Shown here: one piece after another, positions 1 through 9,865 of the stretch | Position numbering within the stretch: the first letter of the stretch is position 1 | Layout of the letters: each line of letters starts with the position of its first letter | Assembly: GCA_963743245.1 (NCBI GenBank) | Contig: CAVUPP010000020.1 | Location: forward strand, 768,167-832,166 | Direction of reading: 5' to 3' | DNA length: 64,000 nucleotides | Origin: Vicinamibacteria bacterium | Lineage (GTDB): Bacteria; Acidobacteriota; Vicinamibacteria; Vicinamibacterales; JAENWD01 | Position numbers and translations under genes: made by a program | The notes under the pieces: model-generated | What the model was told of the DNA's origin: nothing | The model's database searches: none | The model's input: the letters and a program-made list of their open reading frames with translations, nothing else

Positions 1-858
1 GTCGGCGCACCGTGCGGCATCATGGACCAGATGGCCACCGTGTTCGGTGAAACAGGTCAGTTGATGGCGCTTCTGTGCCAGCCGGCCGAGTTCAAGGGAT
101 CGATCCCGCTGCCCTCCCAGCTAGCCGTCTGGGGCATCGACTCTGGCATCCGCCACGCGGTCACGGGCGCAGACTATGGGTCCGTGCGCGTTGGGGCGTT
201 CATGGGGTACCGCGTGCTCGCGGATCTCGCTGGCTTCAGCGTCACGCCTGGCGATCGCCGCGGCCATGTACGTGTGACCGACGAGCGGTGGCACGGCTAC
301 CTGGCGAATGTGGGTCCGGCAGCGTTCGCGTCGTACGAACAGGACGTGCCGGAGCGGCTCTCTGGCGCCGCGTTCCTCGATCGCTATGCGGGGACGACCG
401 ACGTGGTGACGAGCGTCGATCCAGCCCGTACGTATGCCGTGCGCGTCCCGACCCGCCATCCGATCGATGAACATGCGAGAGTCACCGCCTGGTACGAGGC
501 GCTCCAGGCGATTCCGGCTACTCGACCAGCAGCCCTCGATGATGTCGCGCAGAGGCTCGGCGGCCTGATGTACGAGTCGCACGCAAGCTACTCGGCCTGT
601 GGCCTCGGCTCGGATGGCACCGATCGCCTTGTCGCACTCGCCCGCGACGCCGGATCGGCGCGCGGCGTCTTCGGTGCCAAAATCACGGGCGGCGGCAGCG
701 GGGGGACGGTCGCGCTGCTGACGCGGGCCTCCGCCGGTGACGTCGTTCAATCGATCGCCGCCGCCTACGCGCACGAATCCGGTCGTGTCGTCCATGTATT
801 CAAGGGGTCCTCTTTGGGGGCGGCCCGTTTTGGCACCATCCGGGCCACCGTGCGCTAG
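1..858 (+). CDS. GHMP-family sugar kinase (galactokinase / L-arabinokinase-like), 5' end outside window
   Basis: Reading frame is open from nt 1. It carries the C-terminal GHMP signature GAKITGGGSGGTVALL and lies directly upstream of galE. Confidence 0.7.
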   Translation, partial: VGAPCGIMDQMATVFGETGQLMALLCQPAEFKGSIPLPSQLAVWGIDSGIRHAVTGADYGSVRVGAFMGYRVLADLAGFSVTPGDRRGHVRVTDERWHGYLANVGPAAFASYEQDVPERLSGAAFLDRYAGTTDVVTSVDPARTYAVRVPTRHPIDEHARVTAWYEALQAIPATRPAALDDVAQRLGGLMYESHASYSACGLGSDGTDRLVALARDAGSARGVFGAKITGGGSGGTVALLTRASAGDVVQSIAAAYAHESGRVVHVFKGSSLGAARFGTIRATVR

Positions 859-865
859 AGCGTGT

Positions 866-928
866 CAACTCCCAACTTCCAAAGCCCAACGCCCAAAGCC
901 GAAAGCCCAACGCGCAGCCTGGAGCCTG
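866..928. repeat. Heptamer tandem array, AAAGCCC family
   Basis: Reads in 7-nt register as CAACTCC CAACTTC CAAAGCC CAACGCC CAAAGCC GAAAGCC CAACGCG CAGCCTG GAGCCTG. It fills the spacer between the kinase stop codon and the galE start. Confidence 0.85.
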
Positions 929-934
929 ACTCAT

Positions 935-1915
935 ATGTCCATCCTCGTTACCGGTGGCGCCGGCTACATCGGCAGCCACACCGCCAAGGTGCTCGCGTCG
1001 AGCGGGCACACCCCGGTCGTGCTCGACAATTTCACGTACGGGCACGACTGGGCCGTGAAGTGGGGACCGCTCGAGCGGGGCGATCTCGGCGACGTCGACT
1101 TCCTCAAAGGCGTCTTCACGCGGCATTCCATTGACGCCGTCATTCATTTCGCCGCAAACGCGTACGTCGGCGAGTCGATGACCCACCCGCGGAAGTACTT
1201 CCGGAACAATACCGTCAACACCCTGAACCTGCTCGACACGATGATCGATCGGGGCGTGACCTCGTTCGTCTTCTCGTCCACGTGCGCGACGTACGGCGTG
1301 CCGAGCCGCGTGCCGATCGACGAGACGCATCTGCAGACGCCCGTGAACCCGTACGGTGAGTCCAAGCTGATGGTCGAGAAGATCCTCCGCTGGTATGGGG
1401 AGGCGTATGGACTGCGATCGGTTGCGCTGCGGTACTTCAACGCGGCCGGAGCGGATCCGGACGGTGAGATCGGTGAAGACCACGATCCCGAGACGCACCT
1501 GATTCCGCTCGTGATCGATGCCGCCCGTGGCACGCGCCCACCAGTCAGTGTGTTTGGCACCGACTATCCGACGCCGGATGGCACGGCCATCCGCGACTAC
1601 ATTCACGTGATGGACCTGGCGTCCGCGCACGTGGGGGCGCTCGACTATCTCCGACAAGGTGGCGCGACGACCGCCATCAACCTCGGCACCGGAACCGGAC
1701 GGTCCGTGCGCGAAGTCGTTCAGGCCGTGGAAGCCGTCAGTGGCAGGGCCGTGCCGACGGTGTTCTCACCGCGCCGCGCCGGCGATCCGCCCGCGCTCGT
1801 CGCCAATCCGCAGAAGGCGAAGGAGACGCTCGGCTGGTCCGCTCGTTATACCGACCTCGCGACGATCATCGAGCACGCGTGGAAGTGGCACACCAGGAAT
1901 GACGGGAAGCATTGA
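935..1915 (+). CDS. galE: UDP-glucose 4-epimerase
   Basis: Starts MSILVTGGAGYIGSH (Rossmann GxxGxxG) and contains the YGESK catalytic motif. The ATG at 935 is chosen over the ORF-track start at 737, which would run through the repeat array. Confidence 0.9.
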   Translation: MSILVTGGAGYIGSHTAKVLASSGHTPVVLDNFTYGHDWAVKWGPLERGDLGDVDFLKGVFTRHSIDAVIHFAANAYVGESMTHPRKYFRNNTVNTLNLLDTMIDRGVTSFVFSSTCATYGVPSRVPIDETHLQTPVNPYGESKLMVEKILRWYGEAYGLRSVALRYFNAAGADPDGEIGEDHDPETHLIPLVIDAARGTRPPVSVFGTDYPTPDGTAIRDYIHVMDLASAHVGALDYLRQGGATTAINLGTGTGRSVREVVQAVEAVSGRAVPTVFSPRRAGDPPALVANPQKAKETLGWSARYTDLATIIEHAWKWHTRNDGKH

Positions 1916-1920
1916 CGATT

Positions 1921-2100
1921 GCAGATTGACGAATGCCGAATGGCATTCCCACTGAAGAGCGTACTTTGCGAAACTCGTCAATCGCACTCGGCATTGCATT
2001 GATCAGTCTCGACGTGATTCCCGAACGGCGCTTCGTGGGCGATTAGTGCGTGACGAAACGACTGCGCATTCCTCATTCGTCAATCGTCATTCGTCTGTCG
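1921..2100. repeat. Convergent-gene spacer with inverted heptamer arrays (TCATTCG family)
   Basis: Left arm is CAGATTG ACGAATG CCGAATG. Right arm is TCATTCG TCAATCG TCATTCG TCTGTCG (2073-2100). There is a perfect 12-bp inverted repeat, GATTGACGAATG (1924-1935) with CATTCGTCAATC (2074-2085). Confidence 0.8.
1931..1948 (+). terminator. Small hairpin just after the galE stop codon
   Basis: GAATGCC-GAAT-GGCATTC gives a 7-bp stem with a 4-nt loop, 16 nt after the stop. No T-tract follows. Confidence 0.3.
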
Positions 2101-2485
2101 CACCACTTCGTGTCGGCCGCTGCGCTGTGACCACGTAGGACCGGAACGTTCGGGCACGTCAAGCGCGTTGAAGAGTCCGAGCGGCACCGATTGCCGAAGC
2201 AGCGCCTGACGCTGCTGCTCGAGCTGCTGTACTTCGTCTTCGAAGTCCGCGTGATGGCGCTCGTAGACCACCATCTCGCTCCAGGTACTCGACCACCAGG
2301 TACCGCGAGGGCTGCGCCAGATCTTTGAGGAACGAACTGCCGAGGAACGAGCGGCTGCGGCGGCTCAACGCTGTCCATGGGCCGTCGGCGCCATAGAGCC
2401 GCTCGAATTCGTCGTTTTTCCCGGGCAGCACGTCGAACTGCCAGACCACCGCAATCACGCTCGACCTCCATCTGGGGCGCGCCAA
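2080..2485 (-). pseudogene. ABM-like (antibiotic biosynthesis monooxygenase fold) small protein with an apparent 1-nt insertion
   Basis: ORFs 2159-2485 and 2080-2274 join as ...RYLVVEY|WSEMVVYERHHADFEDE if the extra C at about 2284 (TAC C TGG) is skipped. The N-terminal part reads VIAVVWQFDVLPGKNDEFERLYG. Confidence 0.45.
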
Positions 2486-2520
2486 CTGTACCGTCTGCGC
2501 GCCGATGATTCAACCGTGGC

Positions 2521-3939
2521 TCACGGAGTGGCGGCTGCGGGCACGGTCGATCGGTTGACGCGATGCGGACCAAACGACACGATCCGACCGTCCTTCATCA
2601 CCCAGACTATCCCGCGCGTGTTGCGGATGTCCGTCAGTGGGTTGTTGCGCAGCAGGACCAGGTCCGCGCGACGGCCCGGCTGGACTGCGCCCACGTCGTG
2701 TCGCCTGAGTGCGCGAGCTCCGTTGGTCCAGGTCATCTGCAGCACGTCTCGCGGCGTGAACCCCGCATGAACGAGCAGATCGAACTCCTGATGGAGGCTC
2801 TCACCTGGAATGACCCAGGGATTGGTCACGTCCGTGCCAGTCGTCAGCCTGATGCCTCCGGCGCTCAATGCACGGACGAACGCGTGCAACGTCGGAACGG
2901 CCGCTTTCCACCGTCGATAGTCGTCGCCGGTCCAATCGTCTGTCACGTGCGAGCACGTGTTCCAATCCTGGAGCATCTCGGGGACGACGTCGGCGAACGG
3001 GTCGTCCCGGTAGATGCCGCCCTTCGGACCGCCGAATTTCGTGTCGAACGCAACGAGCGTCGGGTCGATCGAGATATCACGTCGAGAGATTTCCGCGATC
3101 GTGTCGCGAACGATCGGCGAGTGCAGATCCACGAGCTCGAGCCAGTCGATGCGAGCGCGAAGCGCGCCGCGGCGCGCGATCGCCGCGGCATACCGCGCCC
3201 GCCGGTCGGGAGGCAGGGTGCCGGCCGACCAGTCAGCGGCGTGCGTGAGGAAGTCGATGCCGGCACGTGCCCCTTCGAGCCAGGACGTCTGTCCCAGGTG
3301 CCCGATGACGGGGATGCCGTGTGCGTGCGCCTCCTCGACAACGGTCGCAACGGCCGCCGGTCCGAGCCGTGAGTAGACCTTGAGATAGTCCGGATGGAAG
3401 GGAAGCAGCCCGCTGACCAGTCGGCGGAGCGCCTCGCCGGACAACGATGGATCGTTGATCAGTTCGGCAGATACTTGCGCGTGCGGACCGAGCACGCGTC
3501 CGGCACTCAAGTCATCGCGCAGGTGCAGGCCGGCGATCGTGGGCGTCGCCGGACTTCGCACCGACGTGATGCCGAAATCGAGCAGCACGGACAGCATGCG
3601 CTCCGAGACCGCGCGATCGAACACGCTTCCATCCGGTCCGGGCGTACACCTCGGTACCATGAGGTGCGCGTGCATGTCGATGAAGCCCGGCACCAGATAG
3701 CCGCCGTGCCCGTCCACGACGGCAGCACCCGAGATCGAGGGGCCCCCTGCGGAATCGATCGACCGAATACGACCGTCCGCGACGACCACGGTAGCGGCCT
3801 GCGGCTGGAACGATTCGCCGGTGAGCACCGTGACGTTGGTGACGACAATGGGCGCATCGCCGGCACGAAGGGAGGTCCTGGCCAGGCAGATCGCAGCCAG
3901 AGCGGCCGCGATCCCGAGAGCGGGCCTGATGGTGCGCAC
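2521..3939 (-). CDS. Secreted metal-dependent amidohydrolase family protein
   Basis: Has an N-terminal signal peptide and the GFIDMHAHL metal-binding motif. The 472-aa ORF is uninterrupted. Confidence 0.8.
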   Translation of the reverse strand: MRTIRPALGIAAALAAICLARTSLRAGDAPIVVTNVTVLTGESFQPQAATVVVADGRIRSIDSAGGPSISGAAVVDGHGGYLVPGFIDMHAHLMVPRCTPGPDGSVFDRAVSERMLSVLLDFGITSVRSPATPTIAGLHLRDDLSAGRVLGPHAQVSAELINDPSLSGEALRRLVSGLLPFHPDYLKVYSRLGPAAVATVVEEAHAHGIPVIGHLGQTSWLEGARAGIDFLTHAADWSAGTLPPDRRARYAAAIARRGALRARIDWLELVDLHSPIVRDTIAEISRRDISIDPTLVAFDTKFGGPKGGIYRDDPFADVVPEMLQDWNTCSHVTDDWTGDDYRRWKAAVPTLHAFVRALSAGGIRLTTGTDVTNPWVIPGESLHQEFDLLVHAGFTPRDVLQMTWTNGARALRRHDVGAVQPGRRADLVLLRNNPLTDIRNTRGIVWVMKDGRIVSFGPHRVNRSTVPAAATP

Positions 3940-3960
3940 GGTCGCTATGAGCGTCGGAGA

Positions 3961-4464
3961 TCAGGCCGGACTGGTGTTGAAGAACGCGCGCCGGTGCCAC
4001 GACTCGCGAGCCGGGACTTCCCAGCGGCCGTCGCGGACGTCGGCCACGCGGGTCAGCGTATTGTCGAACACGATGGTCTCTGGAGACACCTCGCCGCGAC
4101 GGGCTCGTTCGGCGAACGCCGGGCGCTCGTCGCGCGCGATGGTCCCATTCACCCTATAGAGCACCGGACCGTGATTGACGAGCTCGACGCCCAATTCCTG
4201 TTCGAGCGTCGTCATCGATCGCACCATCGCGTCGACCGAACAACCGGACGCGCCGGCGGAGGATTCGTCCACCGCGACAAAGAGAAACTGTCCGTATCGC
4301 AGCTCGCGTCCGCTCGTGAGCGGATGGTTGTGGGCCGTCCAGCGATCCAGGAACGCGTCGACGATGCCGAGCAGCCGCTGCTGCTCGGCATCGGTCAGGA
4401 TTCGCGCCGCCGCGAAGATCCAGAGCCGCGCGTCGGGGGGTAGCGACTGAAAGGGAATCCGCAT
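3961..4464 (-). CDS. Conserved hypothetical protein (167 aa)
   Basis: Clean ORF, tightly packed between neighbouring genes on the same strand. I could not assign a family. Confidence 0.55.
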   Translation of the reverse strand: MRIPFQSLPPDARLWIFAAARILTDAEQQRLLGIVDAFLDRWTAHNHPLTSGRELRYGQFLFVAVDESSAGASGCSVDAMVRSMTTLEQELGVELVNHGPVLYRVNGTIARDERPAFAERARRGEVSPETIVFDNTLTRVADVRDGRWEVPARESWHRRAFFNTSPA

Positions 4465-4470
4465 GTTCGA

Positions 4471-6711
4471 CTAACTCTTCATCAAGGTGCTGCCAAACGG
4501 CAGGGTCCGCAGCCGACGTCCGGTCGCCGCGAAGATCGCATTGCCGAGTGCCGGCGCGAAGACTGGCAGGCCGGGTTCGCCGACGCCCGCCGGCGGCGCG
4601 TCGCTCTCGACCATGATGATCTCGATCTGCTTTGGCGCTTCCGGCATGCGCGCCAGCTCGATCGTGTCGAAGTTCGACTGCTCGGCCTGCCCCTGCTTGA
4701 ACGTCAGCCGCCCATGGACGGCGACGCTGATCCCCATGACCGCGGCACCCTCGAGCTGCGATCGCACGCGATCCTGATGAACGATCGTGCCACAGTCGAT
4801 CGCCGTAATCACGCGGGGGATTGAAATCCGGCCGTCGTCCGCGATCGCTACCTCGACCACGGTGCAGACGTAGGTCAGAAAGCTCCGATGCGCGGCTATA
4901 CCGAGTCCGTGGCCTTTCGGCAGCGGCGATCCCCAGCCGGCACGCTCCGAGGCGAGCTCGATGACCTTCCTGATGCGCGCCGTATCGAGGGGATACGCGT
5001 CGAGGGTCGCGCCGTAGTTCGCGTACTTCTCCGTCGTGCCCGGCATCACGTGCCGCGCGTCGCCGACGAGGTCCAGCAGAAAGTCTCTCGGATCGCGGCG
5101 GGCCGCCACCGCGAGCTCGTCCGCAAACGTACAGACCGCAAAGGCGTGCGGGATGTTCGAGACCGATCGGAACCATCCGATCCGCACGTGAGCCGTCGCT
5201 GCGCCCGATTCGCAGCGCAGATTCGGGATCGCGTACGGCACGTCCAGGAAGCCGAGGCCGAGCTCGCCGGCGTCGGGGTGCTCGACGTTCGGTGCAAACG
5301 TGGAGCCGATACTGGGGAACACGCTGCGGGCAAGCCAGCCGGTGACCTTGCCGTTCGCGTCCAGTGCGCCTTCCATATGTTGCGCGGTGACGGTGTGGTA
5401 GTACCCGTGCCGCACCTCGTCTTCCCGCGTCCAGATCACGCGAACCGGAGCGCCGACCTCTTTCGAAAGGAGCGCCGCTTCCACGCAGTAATCGGGCTTG
5501 GATTTCCGTCCGAAGCCTCCGCCCACCAACGTGACGTGGACGGCCACCTGCTCAGCCGGCAGCTTGAGCGCCTTCGCGACCTCGTCGCGTGCGCCCTGCG
5601 GATTCTGCGTGCACGTCCAGACCTCACAGCCCTTGTCGGTCACGTGCGCGAGCGCTGCCGGGGGCTCCATCGGCGTGTGGGCGAGGTGAGGCGCGTAGTA
5701 GTCCGCCGACACGACCTTGGCGGCGCTCTTGAGCGCCTGGTCCACGTCGCCTTCCTTGCGTACCACCACGCCAGGCTTCTTCGAGGTCTCGATGAGGGCC
5801 TTCGCGTAGGCGTCCGAGTCGTAGGTCGCGTTCGGGCCGTGATCCCATGTGATCTTGAGCGCGTCCCGGCCCTTGAGGGCGGCCCACGTGTTCGACGCGA
5901 TGACCGCCACACCACCAAGCGGCTGGAAGCCCGAGGGTGGCGGCGTGCCGGGCAGTTGCACGACGCGCTCAACGCCGGGGACCTTCAGCGCCTCTGACTG
6001 GTCGAACGCTGATACCTTGCCGCCGTACACGGGCGGTCGAGCGACGACCGCGTACTTCATTCCCGGCAGGCGGGCGTCGAAGCCGTATACAGCTTTGCCC
6101 TGCACGATATCGTCGCCGTCGACGATGGGCATCCCTTTGCCGATGTAGCGGAATTGTGCCTTTGGCTTGAGCGTGAGCGATGAGGCCGCTGGAACCGGAA
6201 GCGCGGCGGCGGCGTGGGCCAGCGCGCCATAGCCCAGAGCCCGTCCGGTCTTCTCGTGGACGACTTCGTGATTGTGTGCGTGCACTTCGCTGACCGCCAC
6301 ACCCCACGTGGTCGCGGCGGCCTGCTCGAGCATCGTACGCGCGCTCGCGCCGGCTTCGCGAAGCGGCTGCAGAAAGTCGCGGATGCTGTGGGATCCGTCC
6401 GTGTCCTGACTGCCGTACTTCTTGTCGCCGTCCGCCTGGATCACGCGGACGCGTGCCCAGTCCGCCTCGAGCTCGTCAGCCACGACCATGCTGGTGCTCG
6501 TGCGGATGCCCTGTCCCATCTCTGTCCGGTGCGAGACGATGGTCACGGTACCGGTGGGATCGATGGAGAGATACACGCTCGGCGAGAACACATCGTTGGC
6601 GGCCGCCGCGGCCCGGAAACGCGGCGCCATCGTGAGACCGAGGACGAGCCCGGTGCCGCCGAGCCCGATGGTTCCGAGGAACGTTCGCCGGCTGACGTTT
6701 TCGATAGCCAT
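4471..6711 (-). CDS. Molybdopterin-dependent oxidoreductase large subunit (IorB / aldehyde oxidase-xanthine dehydrogenase family)
   Basis: Carries a Tat signal (RRTFLGTIGLGGTGL), is 746 aa long, and lies immediately downstream of a 2Fe-2S subunit gene. Confidence 0.85.
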   Translation of the reverse strand: MAIENVSRRTFLGTIGLGGTGLVLGLTMAPRFRAAAAANDVFSPSVYLSIDPTGTVTIVSHRTEMGQGIRTSTSMVVADELEADWARVRVIQADGDKKYGSQDTDGSHSIRDFLQPLREAGASARTMLEQAAATTWGVAVSEVHAHNHEVVHEKTGRALGYGALAHAAAALPVPAASSLTLKPKAQFRYIGKGMPIVDGDDIVQGKAVYGFDARLPGMKYAVVARPPVYGGKVSAFDQSEALKVPGVERVVQLPGTPPPSGFQPLGGVAVIASNTWAALKGRDALKITWDHGPNATYDSDAYAKALIETSKKPGVVVRKEGDVDQALKSAAKVVSADYYAPHLAHTPMEPPAALAHVTDKGCEVWTCTQNPQGARDEVAKALKLPAEQVAVHVTLVGGGFGRKSKPDYCVEAALLSKEVGAPVRVIWTREDEVRHGYYHTVTAQHMEGALDANGKVTGWLARSVFPSIGSTFAPNVEHPDAGELGLGFLDVPYAIPNLRCESGAATAHVRIGWFRSVSNIPHAFAVCTFADELAVAARRDPRDFLLDLVGDARHVMPGTTEKYANYGATLDAYPLDTARIRKVIELASERAGWGSPLPKGHGLGIAAHRSFLTYVCTVVEVAIADDGRISIPRVITAIDCGTIVHQDRVRSQLEGAAVMGISVAVHGRLTFKQGQAEQSNFDTIELARMPEAPKQIEIIMVESDAPPAGVGEPGLPVFAPALGNAIFAATGRRLRTLPFGSTLMKS

Positions 6712-6713
6712 GA

Positions 6714-7166
6714 TCAGGACCTCGCCGCGGCGCCGTGAATGGCCTCGCGAATGCGGTTATACGTGCCGCACCGGCACAGATTGCCACCCATCGCGTCGTC
6801 GATTTGCTGGTCGGTGGGCGAAGGCGTCGTGGCGAGCAGTGCAGCGGCCTGCATGACCTGTCCGGCCTGGCAGTAACCGCACTGCGAGACTCGATGGTCC
6901 ACCCAGGCGCGCTGAACGGGATGGCGTCCGTCCGGGCTCAGTCCCTCGATGGTCACGATGGACTTGCCAGCCAGATCCTGCATCGTCGCGATGCACGCGC
7001 GAGTCGCCTGGCCCTGCACGTGGACCGTGCAGGTCCCGCATTGGGCGATGCCGCAGCCGTATTTCGTGCCGGTCAGGCCGAGCTCGTCCCGGAGGTACCA
7101 GAGGAGCGGCATAGCGGGATCGCCCGCGTACTGGCGTTCGGCGCCGTTCACATGCAGTGTGATCAT
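6714..7166 (-). CDS. (2Fe-2S)-binding small subunit of the oxidoreductase (IorA-like)
   Basis: Starts MITLHVNG and has the cysteine motifs [11 protein letters not shown] and CGYCQ...CRCGTY. Only the last 150 aa of the 630-aa track ORF are real. Confidence 0.9.
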   Translation of the reverse strand: MITLHVNGAERQYAGDPAMPLLWYLRDELGLTGTKYGCGIAQCGTCTVHVQGQATRACIATMQDLAGKSIVTIEGLSPDGRHPVQRAWVDHRVSQCGYCQAGQVMQAAALLATTPSPTDQQIDDAMGGNLCRCGTYNRIREAIHGAAARS

Positions 7167-7195
7167 GATCGTGTCTCCAGACGAAGACGGCTTAT

Positions 7196-7225
7196 CAAAG
7201 CCCAAAGCCCAAAGCCTAACGCCTA
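7196..7225. repeat. Heptamer tandem array, AAAGCCC family
   Basis: Reads CAAAGCC CAAAGCC CAAAGCC TAACGCC TAC. It overlaps the esterase stop codon (the complement of CTA at 7223-7225). Confidence 0.85.
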
Positions 7226-8329
7226 CTTGAAGATGAGTGGCAGGAACTCCGCCAGATATTTTCGCCAGACCGGCCACTCGTGACCACCCTCGGATAACAC
7301 CCACGTGTGTTTGATCTGCTGATCGGCCAACCAGGCGTTGAACTTCTCGTTGCGATCCAGCAGGAAGTCCTTCTTGCCGATGCCCAGCCAGAGCAGCCCG
7401 AGCTTCTTGGCGGCGTCCGCCTTGAGGTTCGGGAATGCCTTCTCGAGATCTCCCTCCGGCGTTGCGGAACTGAATCCGCCAATCCAATGGAACGTGTCGA
7501 GGTGTGAGAGCCCGGTCGTGAGCGACTGGCCGCCGCCCATCGACAGGCCGACAATGGCGCGTTTGTCGGCGGTCTTTGCCGCGCGGTACCTGGACTCGAT
7601 GAACGGAATGATGTCCTCGAGCAGTTCGCGCTCGACACCCTCGTCGTTGTGCTCCATGTCGGCACGGCTTCGCGCGAGCCGCGGCGAGATCACGTGGCCC
7701 CACGGCATGACGATCAACATCGGCTGGATGCGGTGTTGTGCGATGAGGTTGTCCGCGATCACGTGCGCCTGCCCGACGGCCGTCCAGGCCGAGGGACCGT
7801 CGCCGAAACCGTGTTTCAGATAGACCACGGGCAACGGCTTGCTCTGGTCGCTGTAGCCAGGCGGAGTGTAGACGTAGAGCTGCCTGGTCTGGCCGAGCGA
7901 CGTCGACCGGTAAGTGTGCATCACCACGGTGCCGTGCGGCACGTCCTGCACTTCGTGCAGACGCGGCGGCGTACCCGGGACCAGCACCATACTGTTGAGC
8001 GTCAGCCAGACCTTCACGTCCGGATTCCGCGGATCGATAATCGGAGCCCCGTCCACCTCGTACATGTAGCTGTAGATCTCTGGCTCGAGCGGGCCGATCG
8101 TGACGCTCCAGACGCCCTGGTCGTTCTTCGTGAGATCGGCCGGAGGCTGGCCCTCGATACTCGTTACCCGGACAGCTTTGGCGTTGGGTGCCCACAAGCG
8201 GAACGTCACCGTGCGATCGGCGGCGACTTCGGGGGTGAGGAACTGCGGGGGCTGCTGAGCTGCCGCCGGCGCGACGAGCAGGAACACTCCGACAAAAAGA
8301 CGAGGGAACAGACCGATCCGCTTCATCAA
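7223..8329 (-). CDS. Secreted esterase-family alpha/beta hydrolase with an N-terminal Ig-like/CBM48-like domain
   Basis: Has a signal peptide, and the esterase D-like core includes GLSMGGGQS. Confidence 0.75.
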   Translation of the reverse strand: MMKRIGLFPRLFVGVFLLVAPAAAQQPPQFLTPEVAADRTVTFRLWAPNAKAVRVTSIEGQPPADLTKNDQGVWSVTIGPLEPEIYSYMYEVDGAPIIDPRNPDVKVWLTLNSMVLVPGTPPRLHEVQDVPHGTVVMHTYRSTSLGQTRQLYVYTPPGYSDQSKPLPVVYLKHGFGDGPSAWTAVGQAHVIADNLIAQHRIQPMLIVMPWGHVISPRLARSRADMEHNDEGVERELLEDIIPFIESRYRAAKTADKRAIVGLSMGGGQSLTTGLSHLDTFHWIGGFSSATPEGDLEKAFPNLKADAAKKLGLLWLGIGKKDFLLDRNEKFNAWLADQQIKHTWVLSEGGHEWPVWRKYLAEFLPLIFK

Positions 8330-8375
8330 ACGAGCCTCCAGCCGGCTGCAAGCATACTAGAGCTAGGGACGGGCG

Positions 8376-8457
8376 TGTCGGATTCGTGTTCGTGTTCGTG
8401 TTCGTGTTCAGATTCGCGTCGGATTCGCGCTCGGATTCGTCTTCGAGTTCGGGCTCG
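8376..8457. repeat. Hexamer tandem array, GTGTTC/GGATTC family
   Basis: Reads GGATTC GTGTTC x4 AGATTC ...GGATTC...GGATTC GTCTTC GAGTTC GGGCTC. It sits in the divergent esterase/MFS spacer. Confidence 0.85.
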
Positions 8458-8505
8458 TGGTCCTGATAGTAATCTTTAGGCCGATGTTGGCCCGCCTGGC
8501 GCCGG

Positions 8506-8534
8506 CACGAAACGAACACCAACACGAATACGAC
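8506..8534. repeat. Hexamer array in inverted orientation (GAACAC family)
   Basis: CACGAAACGAACACCAACACGAATACGAC is an imperfect reverse complement, about 24 nt long, of 8380-8411. Confidence 0.7.
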
Positions 8535-8565
8535 CGCGACCCAATCGAGGCTCCCCGTCCGCCCG

Positions 8566-9864
8566 ATGCCGTCACCGTTTTTCCAGCTCCTCCGATCGAA
8601 CCGCAACTACCGGTACGCCTGGACCGGTCAGGTCGTCAGCGAGATTGGCGACCACTTCAACAACATCGCGGTGTTCAGTCTGGCCCTTCAGGCCACGGGC
8701 TCCGGTCTGGTCGTCAGCGGGGTCATGCTGTCGCGCGCGGTGCCGGCAATCCTTGCGGGCCCGCTGGCTGGCGTGCTCCTCGATCGGATGGATCGCCGCA
8801 AGGTGATGGTCGGGAGCGACATCGTTCGCGCCGTCATTGCAGCCTGCTTCGTGCTGACCGTCCGATGGCCGCAGCCGTGGCTGCTGTTCCTGTTGAGCGG
8901 CCTGCTGATGTTCGCGTCGCCGTTCTTCACTGCAGGCCGCGCCGCCATTCTTCCCGCGATTGCGAGCGCCGACGAGATCCACACGGCCAACTCGCTCACG
9001 CAGACCACGCAGTGGACGACACTCACGATCGGAACGATGGCGGCGGGAGTGAGCGCGGCCAAGCTTGGATACAGTGCCGCCTTCGTCCTGAACGCACTCT
9101 CGTTCGTATTCTCGGCGTGGGCGATCAGCCGTCTGATCTCACCGCCTGGCGGGTTCCGGTCCGCGTCCGGTACGCTCACCGAGGCAGTCCGCGCCCGTCC
9201 CTGGCACGAATACATCGAAGGCCTGCGCTACATGCGGCAGCAGCCGCTCATTCTGGCGATCGCGCTGCTCGGCATCGGATGGGCGTCGGGCGGCGGCGCT
9301 GCCCAGATCCTCTTCTCGCTGTTCGGCGAGATCGTGTTCAATCGCGGACCGGCGGGTATTGGCATCATCTGGGGATCTGCCGGGGTCGGACTCATCCTGG
9401 GCGGGATCGTCGCGCACAAGATTGGGCCGCGTCTGTCATTTCTGCGGTACAAGCAACTCGTGGCGATCTGTTATCTGGTGCACGGCGGCGCGTACGTCGC
9501 GTTCAGCCAGATGCCGACATTCGGCTGGGCTCTGGTCTTCATCGGGTTGTCGCGGGCTGCGGTCGCAGTCAGCTCGGTGCTCAACATGTCGATCCTGCTG
9601 CGACACGTCGCGGACGAGTTCAGAGGACGCGTCTTCTCGACGAACGAGTCCCTCATCTGGGCGACCATGATGCTGTCGATGCTCGCGGCGGGGATTGCGT
9701 CGATGCATGTCAGTCCCAGAACCATCGGGGCCTGCTCCGGCGTGCTGAGTTCGCTGACGGCGATCTACTGGCTCTGGGCGGACCGCGTCGGACTCCTCGT
9801 GGAACCGGTCGTTCCACGTCACACCGCTGACGAAGTCGAAGTACGACAGGAGCCTCCCGTCTGA
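8566..9864 (+). CDS. MFS transporter (EntS/MFS_3-like)
   Basis: 432 aa with multiple hydrophobic segments. The N-terminus reads [23 protein letters not shown], which is typical of this MFS subgroup. Confidence 0.75.
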   Translation: MPSPFFQLLRSNRNYRYAWTGQVVSEIGDHFNNIAVFSLALQATGSGLVVSGVMLSRAVPAILAGPLAGVLLDRMDRRKVMVGSDIVRAVIAACFVLTVRWPQPWLLFLLSGLLMFASPFFTAGRAAILPAIASADEIHTANSLTQTTQWTTLTIGTMAAGVSAAKLGYSAAFVLNALSFVFSAWAISRLISPPGGFRSASGTLTEAVRARPWHEYIEGLRYMRQQPLILAIALLGIGWASGGGAAQILFSLFGEIVFNRGPAGIGIIWGSAGVGLILGGIVAHKIGPRLSFLRYKQLVAICYLVHGGAYVAFSQMPTFGWALVFIGLSRAAVAVSSVLNMSILLRHVADEFRGRVFSTNESLIWATMMLSMLAAGIASMHVSPRTIGACSGVLSSLTAIYWLWADRVGLLVEPVVPRHTADEVEVRQEPPV

Positions 9865-9865
9865 T

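Noticed and set aside
6714-8606. A 630-aa ORF on the minus strand spanning the esterase region
   Set aside because: Only its last 150 codons (6714-7166, starting MITLHVNG) form a recognisable 2Fe-2S subunit. The upstream part is low-complexity read-through in a high-GC frame. It overlaps the well-supported esterase gene and a repeat array.
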